Below, piece after piece: positions 48,701-60,892 of a stretch of 64,000 bases of DNA (positions are counted from its first letter, which is position 1; each line of letters begins with the position of its first letter). The notes beneath the pieces were generated by a model. That model ran no database searches, was not told where the DNA came from, and was given only the letters and a program-made list of their open reading frames with translations. The stretch is taken from positions 2,438,430 through 2,502,429 of the forward strand of contig OZ316893.1 of NCBI GenBank assembly GCA_973895155.1. The letters run 5' to 3'. The translations under genes and the position numbers were made by a program. The stretch is from Marsupella aquatica (Eukaryota > Plantae > Marchantiophyta).

Positions 48701-50052
48701 CCCTCGCAAGTACGTAAGTATTAATTTATGCGGAAATATGCCCTGACATGTAGATTCCGAGCTTTAAGATGCGCACAGGTCAAATCTTCAGACTCGAATG
48801 GGACATGTTTCAAATCTGAACTAGGAAAGTCCACACAGATGACAGCTCTCCTTGTTAAGGACTAACCCATACATAATACAGAAGTACGGCCCAACATTTA
48901 CACCTCGTAGGTTCAGATGCACCTGTCAAGTCCAGACTAGGCTAGACCCCTACCTTATAACTGGACAGAGACGGGCCAAAAACTGATAGCCTACTGGACT
49001 GACGATACTGGGATATGTCCTTGTCAAAAATTCAGAAAATCCTTGGAACACTCTGTGACACTAGTATATCTGTGATGAGCATTTTGACATGGATTTTAGC
49101 ATTGCAGCTGATATCAAACAGTGCTCAACAAACAAAGGTCAAGGGAAAAAGAAGAAAAAATTCCCCAAGGAATGTTAGCTTACCCCACTTGTGACAATGT
49201 ATCCCTCGTGATTTAAGTAGTGAGGAGTAATCAGCCATGAATACGAAATCTTTGTACAGGGATTATACCATATCTATGGTATATGGATCATTATCCTTGT
49301 ATGGCCTAGCATGAAAACGACCTCGGACATTCCAGTGCTCAGAGGGCATCAAATGGAATCATAGTGGGATGAGCTAACTTGAAAAGTGGTATCACTAAAT
49401 TTGTATGTACTAACTGATTACATTGTTTCCAAAGTGAAGCTAATCACTTTTAACTCTAACCTTGCTCCCTAACGTACAGAAATGACACTCATCTACTAAG
49501 GTTCGCAGGACTAAGCACAGCTTTTCAGAACAAGTCAGCTTAGATACGACACCCAGGACAGTGTCATACTCTCAAATAAAACTCTCAGAACGGTGACAAG
49601 ATACGATTGCGAGTCTAGCAGACCTTCATTAACGGTAACTGCTACACTGGAATTGCTGATGACATCACCTGTCTGCTAAACTACATTTGGCCTATTAATT
49701 GAAGAGCTCCAATACGAACTGTCCGGCATATCCCAATTTCAAACGCGTCACACTTCCCATTTCTGCGTCAAGAGCTTGGAGGCTTACCCCAAACACAGAC
49801 CCACGTGAACAGAAGCACCGATCAACCAGAAACCTGCAGATGCCTCGGTAAACCCTTTCCTCTAGGTGATGAAACAAATCCTTTTGTATCACTGACCACC
49901 CAAGCGACCGCATTCCGTTCTAGGGGGAACATGGTTTCTTATTATTAAGGGGAGACGTCACGATTTGTTGAAAGTCGGTGCACGAAGCGTCGAGTACGTA
50001 CCGACATGCGCTCGGACAGATCAAATCTGTTGTTGCAGTGATGTGCATTCAC

Positions 50053-51723
50053 TCACTGAAGAGGGGGCGTGTTGTAATAATCTGGAAGTAAGCCCGGCAA
50101 AAACATCTGCAAAACACCCTCTGAGATGATGATTGGGATGATGATCTTCGAGGCTCCCTGAAGAAGCCTCATACCGATCCAAATTCCCTTCACGGAAGGA
50201 AATGGCAGCATGAGACGGCCGACCCCGAAGAGCGCCACAGCAAAGAAGTGCGTCACCAAGCTCAGCGGGCGGGGATTCAACCCTGATAGCAACGCCACCG
50301 GACCGGTAGAAAACACTCCTCCCAGACTCAGATAATCGAAACACGCCTGCCTCATTACCTTCATGGCTTCGTCCGGTGAAGCCATGAACACTTTGTATAA
50401 TGCCCCGGCCAGAGTGTTGATGGTCGATGCCACGGGCTTCCGCCGGGTGTAGAACGCTTTGAGGTAGTCGCACAAAGCGGAGACGTCACGGAAGTCCCGG
50501 AGAGGCTTCAGCATGTCCCTGAGTACGAGAATGTCGGACAGGGCCACTGTCATTCCGCCTCCGGTGAGAGGATGCCGCATATTAAAGGCGTCCCCCATTA
50601 GCAGAGCACCCGGGGTCGGTCGAGGCAGCGCAGGCATGCTCTTGTTCGGCATGGTCCGGATGTTCCCCTTGACCACAGCGGCGATGAATGGCTTCTGGAG
50701 CTTTTCAGGGAGCTGCGGAGCCACCCGCTGGGTAAGATACTTGGCCATCTCTCCATTTGCAATGGACGGCACTTTCTGTCCAGGGATGTCGACCAAACTT
50801 CGCACCTCGGTGCTGCTGATGGGATAGAAGAGAATCGTCGACGGGTCGGCCAGCACAACATGGCCGTGGTTCGCATAAGGCAGGTCACAATCTTCCAGCA
50901 CTAAACCTACAAAGCACGACGGCACATCAACCTGCGGAGTGCACAGATTGCGCCTCAAATTCGAGAAGCATCCATCACAGACGATCGTAAGAGGGGCAAA
51001 AGCTTCCACCACTTGACTGCTCCCATCCTCTGCTGTAGATTTATAGCGCACTCCTTTGACAGTCCGGTCCTCTTCGATCAGTGACAGGACAGTCCCCTGC
51101 CGGAGGTCTACGGTCTCCAACGAGGCCGCCTTGGCGCGCATCTTCTGAATGAAGCGGCCGTTGTGAAAGCTGCGCCCGGCAATGTCCTCCGAGAGACCCT
51201 CGAGGGGGTACCCGACCTTGGCATCTCGGCCATCCTTGAATAACGCGTATCCAAAGACCTTCTGTGCGTCGATTCCGTCCAGACAGTCAGCCAAACCCAG
51301 CGCCACAAGCTTGAGATATCCTCCGGGCTGAAGTAGCTCTCCTACGATCCGATCAGGTTCCGTCAAATCCCTCTCGATAACCAGCACTCTCCTCCCATCC
51401 TTCCCTAGGGTGTTAGCAAGCGCAGCCCCTGCGACTCCTGCCCCTACGACGATACAATCTAACTCGTTCTTCCTTCTCTCGCCATCGTCAGCAGGGAGAT
51501 CATCTCCCGATACCTCACCCGACGCCCTGACCGTTAACTGCTCATTCTTACTTTTGCTGCTGTTCTTCTTGACGGCATTTCTCTTCCTATTCTGCTGAAT
51601 CCAAACCAAAACCAAAACCGCAATGATCCCACACAACGCAGCGACTCCGATCTGCAGCCAAGAAGAAATCCGGCCCCGCGTCTCGCTTCCAACCGACCCG
51701 GTCCGCAAATGCATCAATTCCAT
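50053..51723 (-). CDS. SQE: Squalene epoxidase (squalene monooxygenase), 556 aa, intronless CDS
   Basis: N-terminal TM anchor, FAD-binding IVVGAGVAG, RIVGELLQPGG, SFHNGRFIQKMR, DGCFSNLR, GDAFNMRHPLTGGGMTVAL and ACFDYLSLGG, with C-terminal membrane helices. Confidence 0.97.
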   Translation of the reverse strand: MELMHLRTGSVGSETRGRISSWLQIGVAALCGIIAVLVLVWIQQNRKRNAVKKNSSKSKNEQLTVRASGEVSGDDLPADDGERRKNELDCIVVGAGVAGAALANTLGKDGRRVLVIERDLTEPDRIVGELLQPGGYLKLVALGLADCLDGIDAQKVFGYALFKDGRDAKVGYPLEGLSEDIAGRSFHNGRFIQKMRAKAASLETVDLRQGTVLSLIEEDRTVKGVRYKSTAEDGSSQVVEAFAPLTIVCDGCFSNLRRNLCTPQVDVPSCFVGLVLEDCDLPYANHGHVVLADPSTILFYPISSTEVRSLVDIPGQKVPSIANGEMAKYLTQRVAPQLPEKLQKPFIAAVVKGNIRTMPNKSMPALPRPTPGALLMGDAFNMRHPLTGGGMTVALSDILVLRDMLKPLRDFRDVSALCDYLKAFYTRRKPVASTINTLAGALYKVFMASPDEAMKVMRQACFDYLSLGGVFSTGPVALLSGLNPRPLSLVTHFFAVALFGVGRLMLPFPSVKGIWIGMRLLQGASKIIIPIIISEGVLQMFLPGLLPDYYNTPPLQ

Positions 51724-52200
51724 CGCACGTCAGAAGAAGAGAAGCTCGTCCCTGAACCCAACTCACTTCTCCACTGTCGCTCACTCTCACAGCATGCACT
51801 CGCCGAAACGCCCTTCTTCTTCCTCTATCTCCTCCTCACGCGCTTCGCATCCTCCTCCCCATTTACTCGTCCGGAACCGCCACACAAACGATTGTTACAA
51901 GCGACGACAGAACTGCTCCCGACCAGTGGTCATGATCATCAGCGTCCTCATGAATCCTCGATTCGACACTTCATCGCAGCTCCGCCGCCCTGCCTTCTCC
52001 CCTCCTCGTTCCGCGACACGCGAGGCGACATCCGAAGAGCGACCGAGCGAGCGACCGAGCGACCGACCGCCATCGCTCGCCCACGTCCTCCTCCTCCTCC
52101 TCGCTCCCTCCTCTCCTCTCCTCTCCTCTCCTCCCTCGAGTTAGACTGTTATAGTGTGCTTTCTGCGTGCGCCTGCCTTTTTCCCCGCCCGCTCGACTAG
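51724..52200 (-). promoter_or_regulatory. SQE 5' leader / core promoter with GA-rich tract and short uORFs
   Basis: GC- and GA-rich (CT repeats on + at 52085-52136). Minus-strand uORFs MKCRIEDS*, MRTLMIMTTGREQFCRRL* (51951-51895), MGRRMRSA* and ML*. Confidence 0.5.
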
Positions 52201-54183
52201 TAGGTGGTACTACGGTACCTCCGCTACTACTGCAGTAGCTCTACTACTACGACTGCAGTCAAGTCGGCTCGAAAGGCGAGTTCGCGCGTGCGGGTCCCGT
52301 TCTCCCACCACGCCCCCCTCCTTCTGTGTCCCTTCTCACCCTCGAGAAAGAAGACGGACTGACGGTTGATTTATTAATATGGTAAAGGAGGAGGAGGAGG
52401 AGGAGTGGAAGAGTCACGAGTCACGAGCTCCGTCTGTCCCACTGTTTCTTTTTAAGTGGCCAAAGTACTCTAGATTCCACCTCTCCAAAAAGGTTTCGCC
52501 AAAACTAAGATTCCACATCTCCAAAAAGTTTTGGTACACTTTTGGCAAGATTTAATTAGGTTTTTTCGTGTCCTACTACAGTGGCCAGTTTCCCACCTTG
52601 TCGGAGGGCCCGATTAGCCAGATCTAAGGAGCAGCCTTAAATCTGAGGAAATCTAATGGTCAGAAAATAATTTGGAATAATGAAACAAAGAATACTATTA
52701 GCATCCTCTCGTTCACACAGCAGACATTTGACACTGGGCTGTCTCATTTGCCTTTTTCCATGGTTTGTCGTGCATTTATCCAAGCTTTTACTACTGTCCT
52801 CTACAGTAGTTTAGCGATGAATTGACTCCCACTAGAAACGCCGCCAAAGCACATCCCCCCCCCCTCTTGAAAATACGCCACTTTAGAGCTAAGTTGCATG
52901 TGAAGGTCTTCAACACCATGGCCCACTGCATTTGCAAAAGGTTAGGGAAAAAAGTAATCTTGATTGACACCAGTATCTGGACTAAGCTTTCAATGACAAT
53001 GTTTCACAAAAATTACCCTGATTGGACTTTTGTTTACCCCTGAGTTTGAAGATGTGATGGCTCTTGCCCTTCTCCTCCTAAATTTTTGCCATCAGACCTG
53101 CCATGGGAAGGGGTTTAAGGCATTGTTCTCTCACGTATATACATTGTACTATTGTAGTGAGTGAATTTGAGGGCCGGAAACTGTAGGGTCGTGCACATGC
53201 GATTTGGCTTTTATCAGCTAGGGCGAGTCGAGAGCTGTCTTTTTCCTCTTTCTGCTTTCGTAGACCTCACGAGTTTAGGGGGCCTTTACAGAAATCCAGG
53301 TGTCCCGTTTGGGTTCATCATTGTATCGGATGGACATCTACACCATTGGCTTAGGCTTTTTGGGCAAAATTGGCTTCACAAGAAACTGCAGTGCATCACA
53401 ACCCCTAGAAACTGGGGACGAGTATTAGAGCTGGCTTTTTTTTTCTTTTGTCATTCTCAGACCACAAAGGAGTTTTGGGGGACTTTACAGAAATCCAGCT
53501 GTCCTATTTTTGGATCACGATTTATAAGCGATGAAATCCACACCTTTCTGGGCAAAATTGGCTTTACATAAAACAGCTGCACAACATGCTATGGAGATTA
53601 CTGATCCTTGGCTTTCAGTGGGTCCCTTGATTCACGATATGTCGTGAGCGGACATCCCCTCCACATTCATTAGGAATCTTTATGACTCTTCGTTTCCTAA
53701 GACATACTCTAGCCATTGATTCACCACCATCCACAACTTTCATTGTATATACTTTATTAGTGACGCACCCCCCTTTGTAGAATGACGCCAAAGCATTTAG
53801 TGGACTGGGGAGGACCCTACTTCTGGCAGGTGTCAACCACAAAGGAGTTGAGTGTCCGTTCCTCCACACCACTTTGTTCACGACCGCCAAGACCCAAGGT
53901 CCAAACAAATTAGTGCTACAGGAGTGGGGGTTCCAGCATGGCCGTCCTGCTTTGGCGATACTAAGATCAGTTCTTTGATCCAAAATAGGGGTGAAGACAA
54001 CAAAGACTTTGCAAAAAATAAATTCCCTTATTATTCATGCTCATCATTGACTTGACTCCAATCACAGTTTTCCACCTCCACTTTCAGTTCCGTTCCCAGA
54101 CTCACATTGTACAGGTCATATAGCAGGCCTTGAGAGTACCTTTCAATTGGGATAATGTAGTTACTAGCCGGGCTGCCCATTCG

Positions 54184-54465
54184 TTGAACATGGATAGGGG
54201 AGAAACCCAAAAAAAAACTTGTGAAAATATGTACCCACGTGTCTTCTGTCTACTCAGGTTCATAATTCACGTTCAAACATTATTCAGAGACTTTGCCCCG
54301 ATCCCCACATTCCCCCCCTTCTTTGAACATAGATAGAAGAGAAAACAAAACAAAAACTTGTGAAAATATGTACCTCCCTACGCATGTTTGCTGTCTACTC
54401 AGGTTCATAATTCACGTTCAAATATTCTTCAGGGACTTTTGCCCCAATCCCCACATCCCCCACCT
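54184..54465. repeat. ~138 bp tandem duplication
   Basis: 'ttgaacat-gatag...aaaacttgtgaaaatatgtacc...ctgtctactcaggttcataattcacgttcaaa...gacttt-gcccc-atccccacat' occurs twice. Confidence 0.85.
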
Positions 54466-55170
54466 TTTATTATGCTGGATGGATCTAGAGGCTCCACTTT
54501 AGCCGGAGGCTTGAGAAGGGCATTGGATCGACATTATATAGTTAATGAACACCAGGGGTACGTATTCCCTAGCTCTGAGAAACTTGGCAAACTCCTCTAG
54601 CTCCAGATAGACATGTGTCCTTTTCTAACTTTTTGCCCTGAGGGTGGCAGCTGCACAAGCACACAAGCTCATTGGAGCAATTGTGTGGCTTGCTTTGGAC
54701 GGTTTCGGCCTCAGAAAAGAATAAGAAGTCACAGTTTTGGACATTTTCTCAAAACAAAATGAACGGTCAATCCCACCTCCAAACCAAGCGTCCAAAACCA
54801 ATCAATTGCTAAGGAAAAATGTTTCATAAGATCAACAATTATAAAATTGTCAAATCAGCAATGGTAGTCACTAAAAAAGGCCTGGACACCGTTTACCCCA
54901 AATATCCTGGCCTGCATAATTTTCTTGCTCACAACCATCCCTCCCTGTATGACACTTGGGGTGCCTCTAGTCAATGTTTCCCAACATCCATTTTTGGGCA
55001 TTTCCTAGGCCCCAATTATCTTTGCCTTCCCTGCTAAAACCAGGGCTAAAACAAATCAAAGTTCATAGTGCAGCCACATGTCACAGATTTTTCCAGCTAC
55101 CCTCCCGTGCACTTCTACAAAGAATCATTGACATACTAGCTATGCACTTCTACAAAGAATCATTGACATA

Positions 55171-57651
55171 CTAGCTCAATACCCGTGCATAGCACAAAAG
55201 ATGTCATGACGGCAAGATGTTATTGAGAATAAAAGATGTCGTGTCGGCCAAGAGGTCGTTGAAAACAAAAGATGTCATCTCGGCCAAGATGTCGGTGAGC
55301 ACAAAAGATGTCGTGTCAACCAAGAAGTTGGTGAAAAGAAAGATGTCATCTCAGGCAAGAGGTTGTGGAAGAAATAGAGGTCGTGTTGCCTATGATGTCG
55401 TAACGCATTATGCCAAAGGTTTTGTTAAGTATAACAATGTTGTTAAGTACAAAATAGCTCAATACCTGTGCATTGCACAAAATATGTCGTTATGTGAAAG
55501 ATGCTGTGAAGTAAAAATATGTCATTAATAATGATGAAGTTGTTATGCCAAAACTGTAGTTATGTGAAAGACGTTGTCAAGTAAAAGATGTCGTCAAGTA
55601 AAAAGTTGTCATCAAGTAAATAGTTGTTGTCAAGTAAAAAATTGCCGTTAACAAAAAAGAAGTAGTTTTGCCAAAGATGTTATTATGTGAAAGATGTCAT
55701 GAATAAAAAGATGTCATGAATAAAAAGATGTCGTTGAGTAAAAAGATGATGTGGTGCCAAATGGGTTGTTAAGTGAAAGATATTGTGAAGTTAAAAAATG
55801 TAGTCAAGTAAAAGTGTGCCCCTCGCCCGACACCTTGCCATCAACACCAGTGCCATGATCTTTACTATGTCTTTGGACCTTATAATTTTTGATTTGTTGG
55901 CAGTGAAATGGCACAAAAAATGAATGTAAAAAATCATCCTAAATATTGGAAGAATAATGTTTTATTTTATTAGTGTTTGTAGTCCCTTATTGACTAAAAT
56001 AGTATCTGAAACTTAACTCCTACCAATATTACACTAAACTATGCACTATTTCACTCTATTGAGTATGTTATGTACACCTGATTGGAGTATGAACAATATT
56101 TTCTCCTTGATCCTTGTGCATTGTGTTAGTGACATCCCTTTTTGTTTACTTATCCCATTTGATTCCTCCTACTTGGACATTGGCGTGACTCTTTTTCATT
56201 CATACTAAACTAAACTAAAATTTACTTATTTATATTAATTCATTCAACCAAATTTCTTATTTTTTGAGCCCTGCAAATTTGAATCTTGCACGATAAAAAA
56301 GGCACAACCTTGTATTATAGAAGTTAATAGTAAGCTCAATACCTGTGCGATGCACCAAAAATACTGTTTCATAAAAGACATCATTAAGTAAACATATGTT
56401 GTGGTGTTAGAGATGTCGTCAAGTAAAAATATGTGATTGTGTAAAAGATGTCATGGTATAAAAGATATTATTTTAAGTAAAAAATATCGTTTTGTAAATG
56501 ATGTCTTTAATAGGTAAAAACACCATGGCATAAAAGACATCCTTAAGTATTAAAAAGATGTCATTATGTCAAAGATGTGGTTACACCAATTGAAAACATG
56601 TGGGTTAGTAAAAGGTGTTGTCAAGTAAAATATGTTGTTAACTAAAAAAACTCCAATAATTTTGGAGATGAGTTAGGGCAGAGGATTGTTGAGTTTTGTC
56701 AGGCCTCCATGCGCGAGGCCAAAAAAACCAGTAGGAACCCGGTCCTCGGTCTAGGCATGAGTCTGAGTCCAAAATGCAAGACCGAGTCCAAGGGCGACAC
56801 CGAGTCCAGTCAAGGGCAAGGTCAAGTCCAGGCGAGGGCAAGGGTGGGGATCGGGTGGGTCATCGAGGCAGGGTTTTAGGGTTGAGTGGGGGAGCCTGAG
56901 GAGGGATAGTTGGGGCAAAAGGGGAGAGCGGGGTTAGAGAGGCAAGAGGGCGAGAGGCCGGGGAGAGCGGGGTGGGGAGGTCGGAGGGGCAGGAGGGAGT
57001 CGGGAGGAAGGGTTGGGAGTGGGGAGGAAAAAGGGGGCCTGGGAGGCAGAGGGCGGAGGCAGCCAGCCATGCTGCATGGCCAGCCCTGCCCCAAGCCAGC
57101 CAGCATCAACAGTCGCAAGCTGGGCAGGGCTGGCAGCAGGGGGGGGGGATCGCGACTTGCAACGGCTTGGTGCTGACATTGTGGCACTGCAATCCAAGTC
57201 ACAGCTTCAGTTTCCACTTGAGTGTTTTTGTCTTATTGGTTCAATTTTTTGGGTTTTGATTTTTCACCCAAAACAGCCATGGTATAAATTGGTGCCATAG
57301 TCTATTATAGTTTTTGATAATTATCACAAATATTAAGGAAGATAAATAATACATTTTTGACTTTCATTGAAAACAACATCTTGTTCTCACTTATGCATTC
57401 ATTTGACGGAAAGTAGAGGAATCATCATTGATCCTTGTGCTTGCATGGGCTTATTTACTAATCATTTCCCTTTTTTGTTGTCTCATTTTAGTGTTTCCTT
57501 TTTGAAGACTGTTCGTTCCCCTTTTATTCACACTAAAATTTATTGTCTTTTATTTATTCCTTCCTCTTTTGTTGGAATCTTTTTTTGGACACTCTATATT
57601 TGAATGACAACCACTGTATAAAAGGGCGCAACCTTGTATTATAGTTTAAGA
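55171..57651 (-). mobile_element. Non-autonomous Helitron, head-to-tail dimer with internal AAAAGATGTC minisatellite
   Basis: Minus-strand 5' end A|TCTTAAACTATAATAC at 57651. 3' end GTGC-TAT-GCACGGGTATTGAG-CTAG|T at 55171 (subterminal hairpin + CTAG, AT target). An internal junction at ~56305-56355 repeats both terminal motifs. Confidence 0.75.
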
Positions 57652-60600
57652 TATTTGTGCAGGGAGCCCCATGTTGCATCACAACACTCACTTGCAACCT
57701 GCAGGCTCTCCACTGGTGCGAGAGGGAGGCAGGCATTAGGTTGACAAGTGCTACAGGCCAACAATTGGGCCAGGAGAATTTCCCCCTAGAGGCATCAGGC
57801 TGAAAAACCAATGTAGTCACTCTAAAAGCTACCCGTTCACAATAATTCATGTTATGTAAGAAAGTGTTACTACATTTATTTGAGTAAAAGTGATCTTGAG
57901 TCTGAGTAAGACCAATTTTTGTCGTTTTTTTGGAATAGTGTTTCTCCACTTTTGTTTAAAGTGCTAGTAAAAAATAGGTGATCTTGACCAAAGTAACACT
58001 AATTCTTGTGGGTTTTTCAAAATAGTAATTTTTTTGAATATTTTCCACTCTCAAGACCACAGTAACACTAATTCATGTGCACAGAATCAGAGTTATAACA
58101 AAACTAGTGAGGGACACTTATTCATGAGTAGAGGCCAAAAATGTCTGCTCTCAAATTAGTGTGAATAACACTAATTACGGGGAACAGTGTACAATGCCCT
58201 CTTGGTCCATTTTTAGACCACCCTAAATTCTGAAAAACCAGACTGACCAAGAGAGACACATAAGTACAAAGATGCAGACAACCTGGGACCCGCTCCAAAC
58301 CAACTAGCATTGGTAAACTTTTACTCTAAGGGGCTTCTTCTTGTTTTGTAAAGTCAGTTATGACTCTTTGGTATAATGCAGGTTTTTTGAGTAAAACATA
58401 TGTCACATATGGCCACTTACTTGGAAGGAAGGGCTTGGAACATCTTAGTGACTCTGTTTGAAAAGGAGACATGACTGGTTGGAGAGAAACCCAAACAACA
58501 CCCAAGATTTCAGTGTACTAAGAACAGCTGGTTCTAATTGCCCACACTTAAGTAACAAGAGAGTAAGGGAGAGGTCAACTAGAGGTCGAGTGTGACAATT
58601 GGAATCTATCTGAGCATGGAAGAAGCCAACCAGTGTTGTGAGGGAGGATCTATTGTCACAGAGCTGGTTTGTGCTGCTTCTTTTTGTTCAGGGCGCAGGA
58701 GGCAGCTGGGTGCTAAATGGAGGGAACCCCTAACCCAAAAGACAGTACCGCAGAATTATAGTAGACACTTGGTGCGGGAAAGTATAAACTTTAAAAGTTT
58801 GAAACTTAAAGGGTTCAATTTCAACCCAGCTACTATCAATCAGATTTAGAGCTAAGTTGCATGTTGGCGGACCTTTGTTTTCCAGCTCTTAACTTAAAAG
58901 ATGGCTGTCAAAAATTGACTCACATGCCTCAAATTTCTTGCCAAGCAGGCCTGATGGTATACATAGTGGAGAACCAAGGCAAGGGCAGGAAACGTGAGTT
59001 CCTGACCTGCAAAATCTAGATAAGACAGAATGAGGGAGGGCCACTAAAGCTGGGGCAGTGAGACCTGGCAGTCGCAAATTAGGCATAACGCAGCCTCGCA
59101 AAAGAAATGGCTTGCTTACATGGAAGATGTCTCTTAGGTCTCGTATGAGATGTTGTGTAAGGCCAACTTTGCTTGAGGACATGGTGAAACACTAGTTCCC
59201 GTCAGTAGCTCAAATACTACAGTAGTGTGCAAAGGGTGTAGAGAACCACAAAATGGGATGATGTCCCGAAGCCAAAATGTCCAACAATACAACCAAGTCA
59301 CTCACCAAGTCATCACATATAGCATAGTTGAAAAGCACATTCGTCTAGCATAAGCAGTACTTTGTTGATCGACCCTGCTATACACATTTGCAAATGTACA
59401 AAATCTTTGAGACACTTGGACATTTACACCTCACAATGCAAAGTACCCATGATCGTGATGGAAGTATTAACTTACCACACAAACAATGAGTGAAAATACA
59501 GGACAGGACGATAGAGTCCTAGAAGAGGGAAAAGGAGAGTAATAATGTCCATTGTACCATTGTTTGTTACCTTTGTCTTTCTAGTGAATGCTACGTAGGA
59601 CTCATTCACCAGATTGTATAATGGGGTGCTGGTGAAGTACCTCCATCGTGGAATCATCGTGGGAAGTATCCAAGTAGTCTTTAATGTTAATAATTATGGG
59701 ACATACAGGAGAAGTGAGCCTCCGTGCAGATTTGTGTAAAACAATAATTTGCAAGCAAAAAAATGTGTGTTGCCAGATTTCTGATTTTCAAAAGGTTGAG
59801 GTGAGGTTGCCTACCCTAGAGAGTTTTTAAACTTCTCCGCATCATGAAGAAAGAGGAAATGCACTCAAGTGGACTCCATTTGAGAAAAGTTATTGAAAAC
59901 GTGCCCTTGTACTCCGCTTGTTGGTTGTAATAAAGCTAACAATTTCAAAAACAAAATACTTAAAAAAAGGCCTCAATGCTATGACCATTCCCCTGTGGGG
60001 CCATTTTGTGTGCTCCATTAGGTCACCTCAAATCTTTGCTTTCTGCCCTCCAATCACAGTCAGCAACAAAATCACAGTCAGCAACAAAATAAGGAACATG
60101 AAATGCATGTCCGCGCACTCGTGACCCAAACTGGTAGTTTGGACTGGTAGTTTAGGACGTTGTTTTTATCACGAATTTCAAAGTTAGAAGCTCTATCGAA
60201 ACTTTATTCCTCACTAAAGTTTTTTCTCTTAATTTTATTCACGATAAACCAAAAGCACTCAAGTCCAGAAAAGGTACAGCTCCGTTCACATTCCCAACCG
60301 CGCAGGCGAACCAGCGCGACGATGTGTCTTCCTGTCTTCCCGACCGATCGTCGTCAGAAACCAAGTACTGTACAATACAGTCTACAAGTACTGTCGTACG
60401 GCACGTAGGCCTGGCCCGTCACCCCTCTGCCGTCCATTCCCCACTGTTACACTGCCGGCCTACTGGCACTCTGTATTATAATACGGTTATCACTGTAAAG
60501 CCGTAAAGGCTACTGACGCCGCGAGCGACTGACGTGGACCACTACCGAATAGCGCGACAGTCTGTTCGGCAAATCCATTAATCTCGGTGGCGGAGTTACC

Positions 60601-60810
60601 ATAGCCTTCTCGCGAAACCTCTCACATCCACGGTCCAGATTCCGCCCCATAACCAGGGAAAGCGTCCAACCCGTCAAACTGGATATTGGATCAGGTCAAA
60701 TCCAGAGTTACTAGTCAGAGCGTTGAAGTGGCCCGTTTGTCGTATCTGTTTAAGCGCGAGTACATTACAGTAATCCTCTTTTTAGAGCTGTGTGGCGTTT
60801 CCGGGATACG

Positions 60811-60892
60811 AACCGGCAACGGTATTTATTTGGATCGCCGTGGGACCGGGAAACCGGCAACGGTATTTATTTGGATCGCCGTGGGACCGGGA
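60811..60892. repeat. Perfect 41-bp tandem duplication next to a (GA)n microsatellite (~60963-60998)
   Basis: aaccggcaacggtatttatttggatcgccgtgggaccggga x2. Confidence 0.95.

Noticed and set aside
27981-51723. Triterpene/saponin biosynthetic gene cluster (SQE + glycosyltransferase)
   Set aside because: No oxidosqualene cyclase, P450, UGT or acyltransferase in the window. The GT2 looks like a polymer synthase, and proximity alone is not evidence.
51623-52369. Plus-strand 160-170 aa ORFs antisense to the SQE leader, and similar antisense ORFs over the GT2 and coiled-coil genes
   Set aside because: Shadow ORFs of GC-rich or coding sequence with low-complexity translation.
53615-53983. Possible gypsy chromodomain + PPT remnant (minus strand)
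   Set aside because: The similarity is vague and no integrase/RT motifs or LTR pair could be identified.
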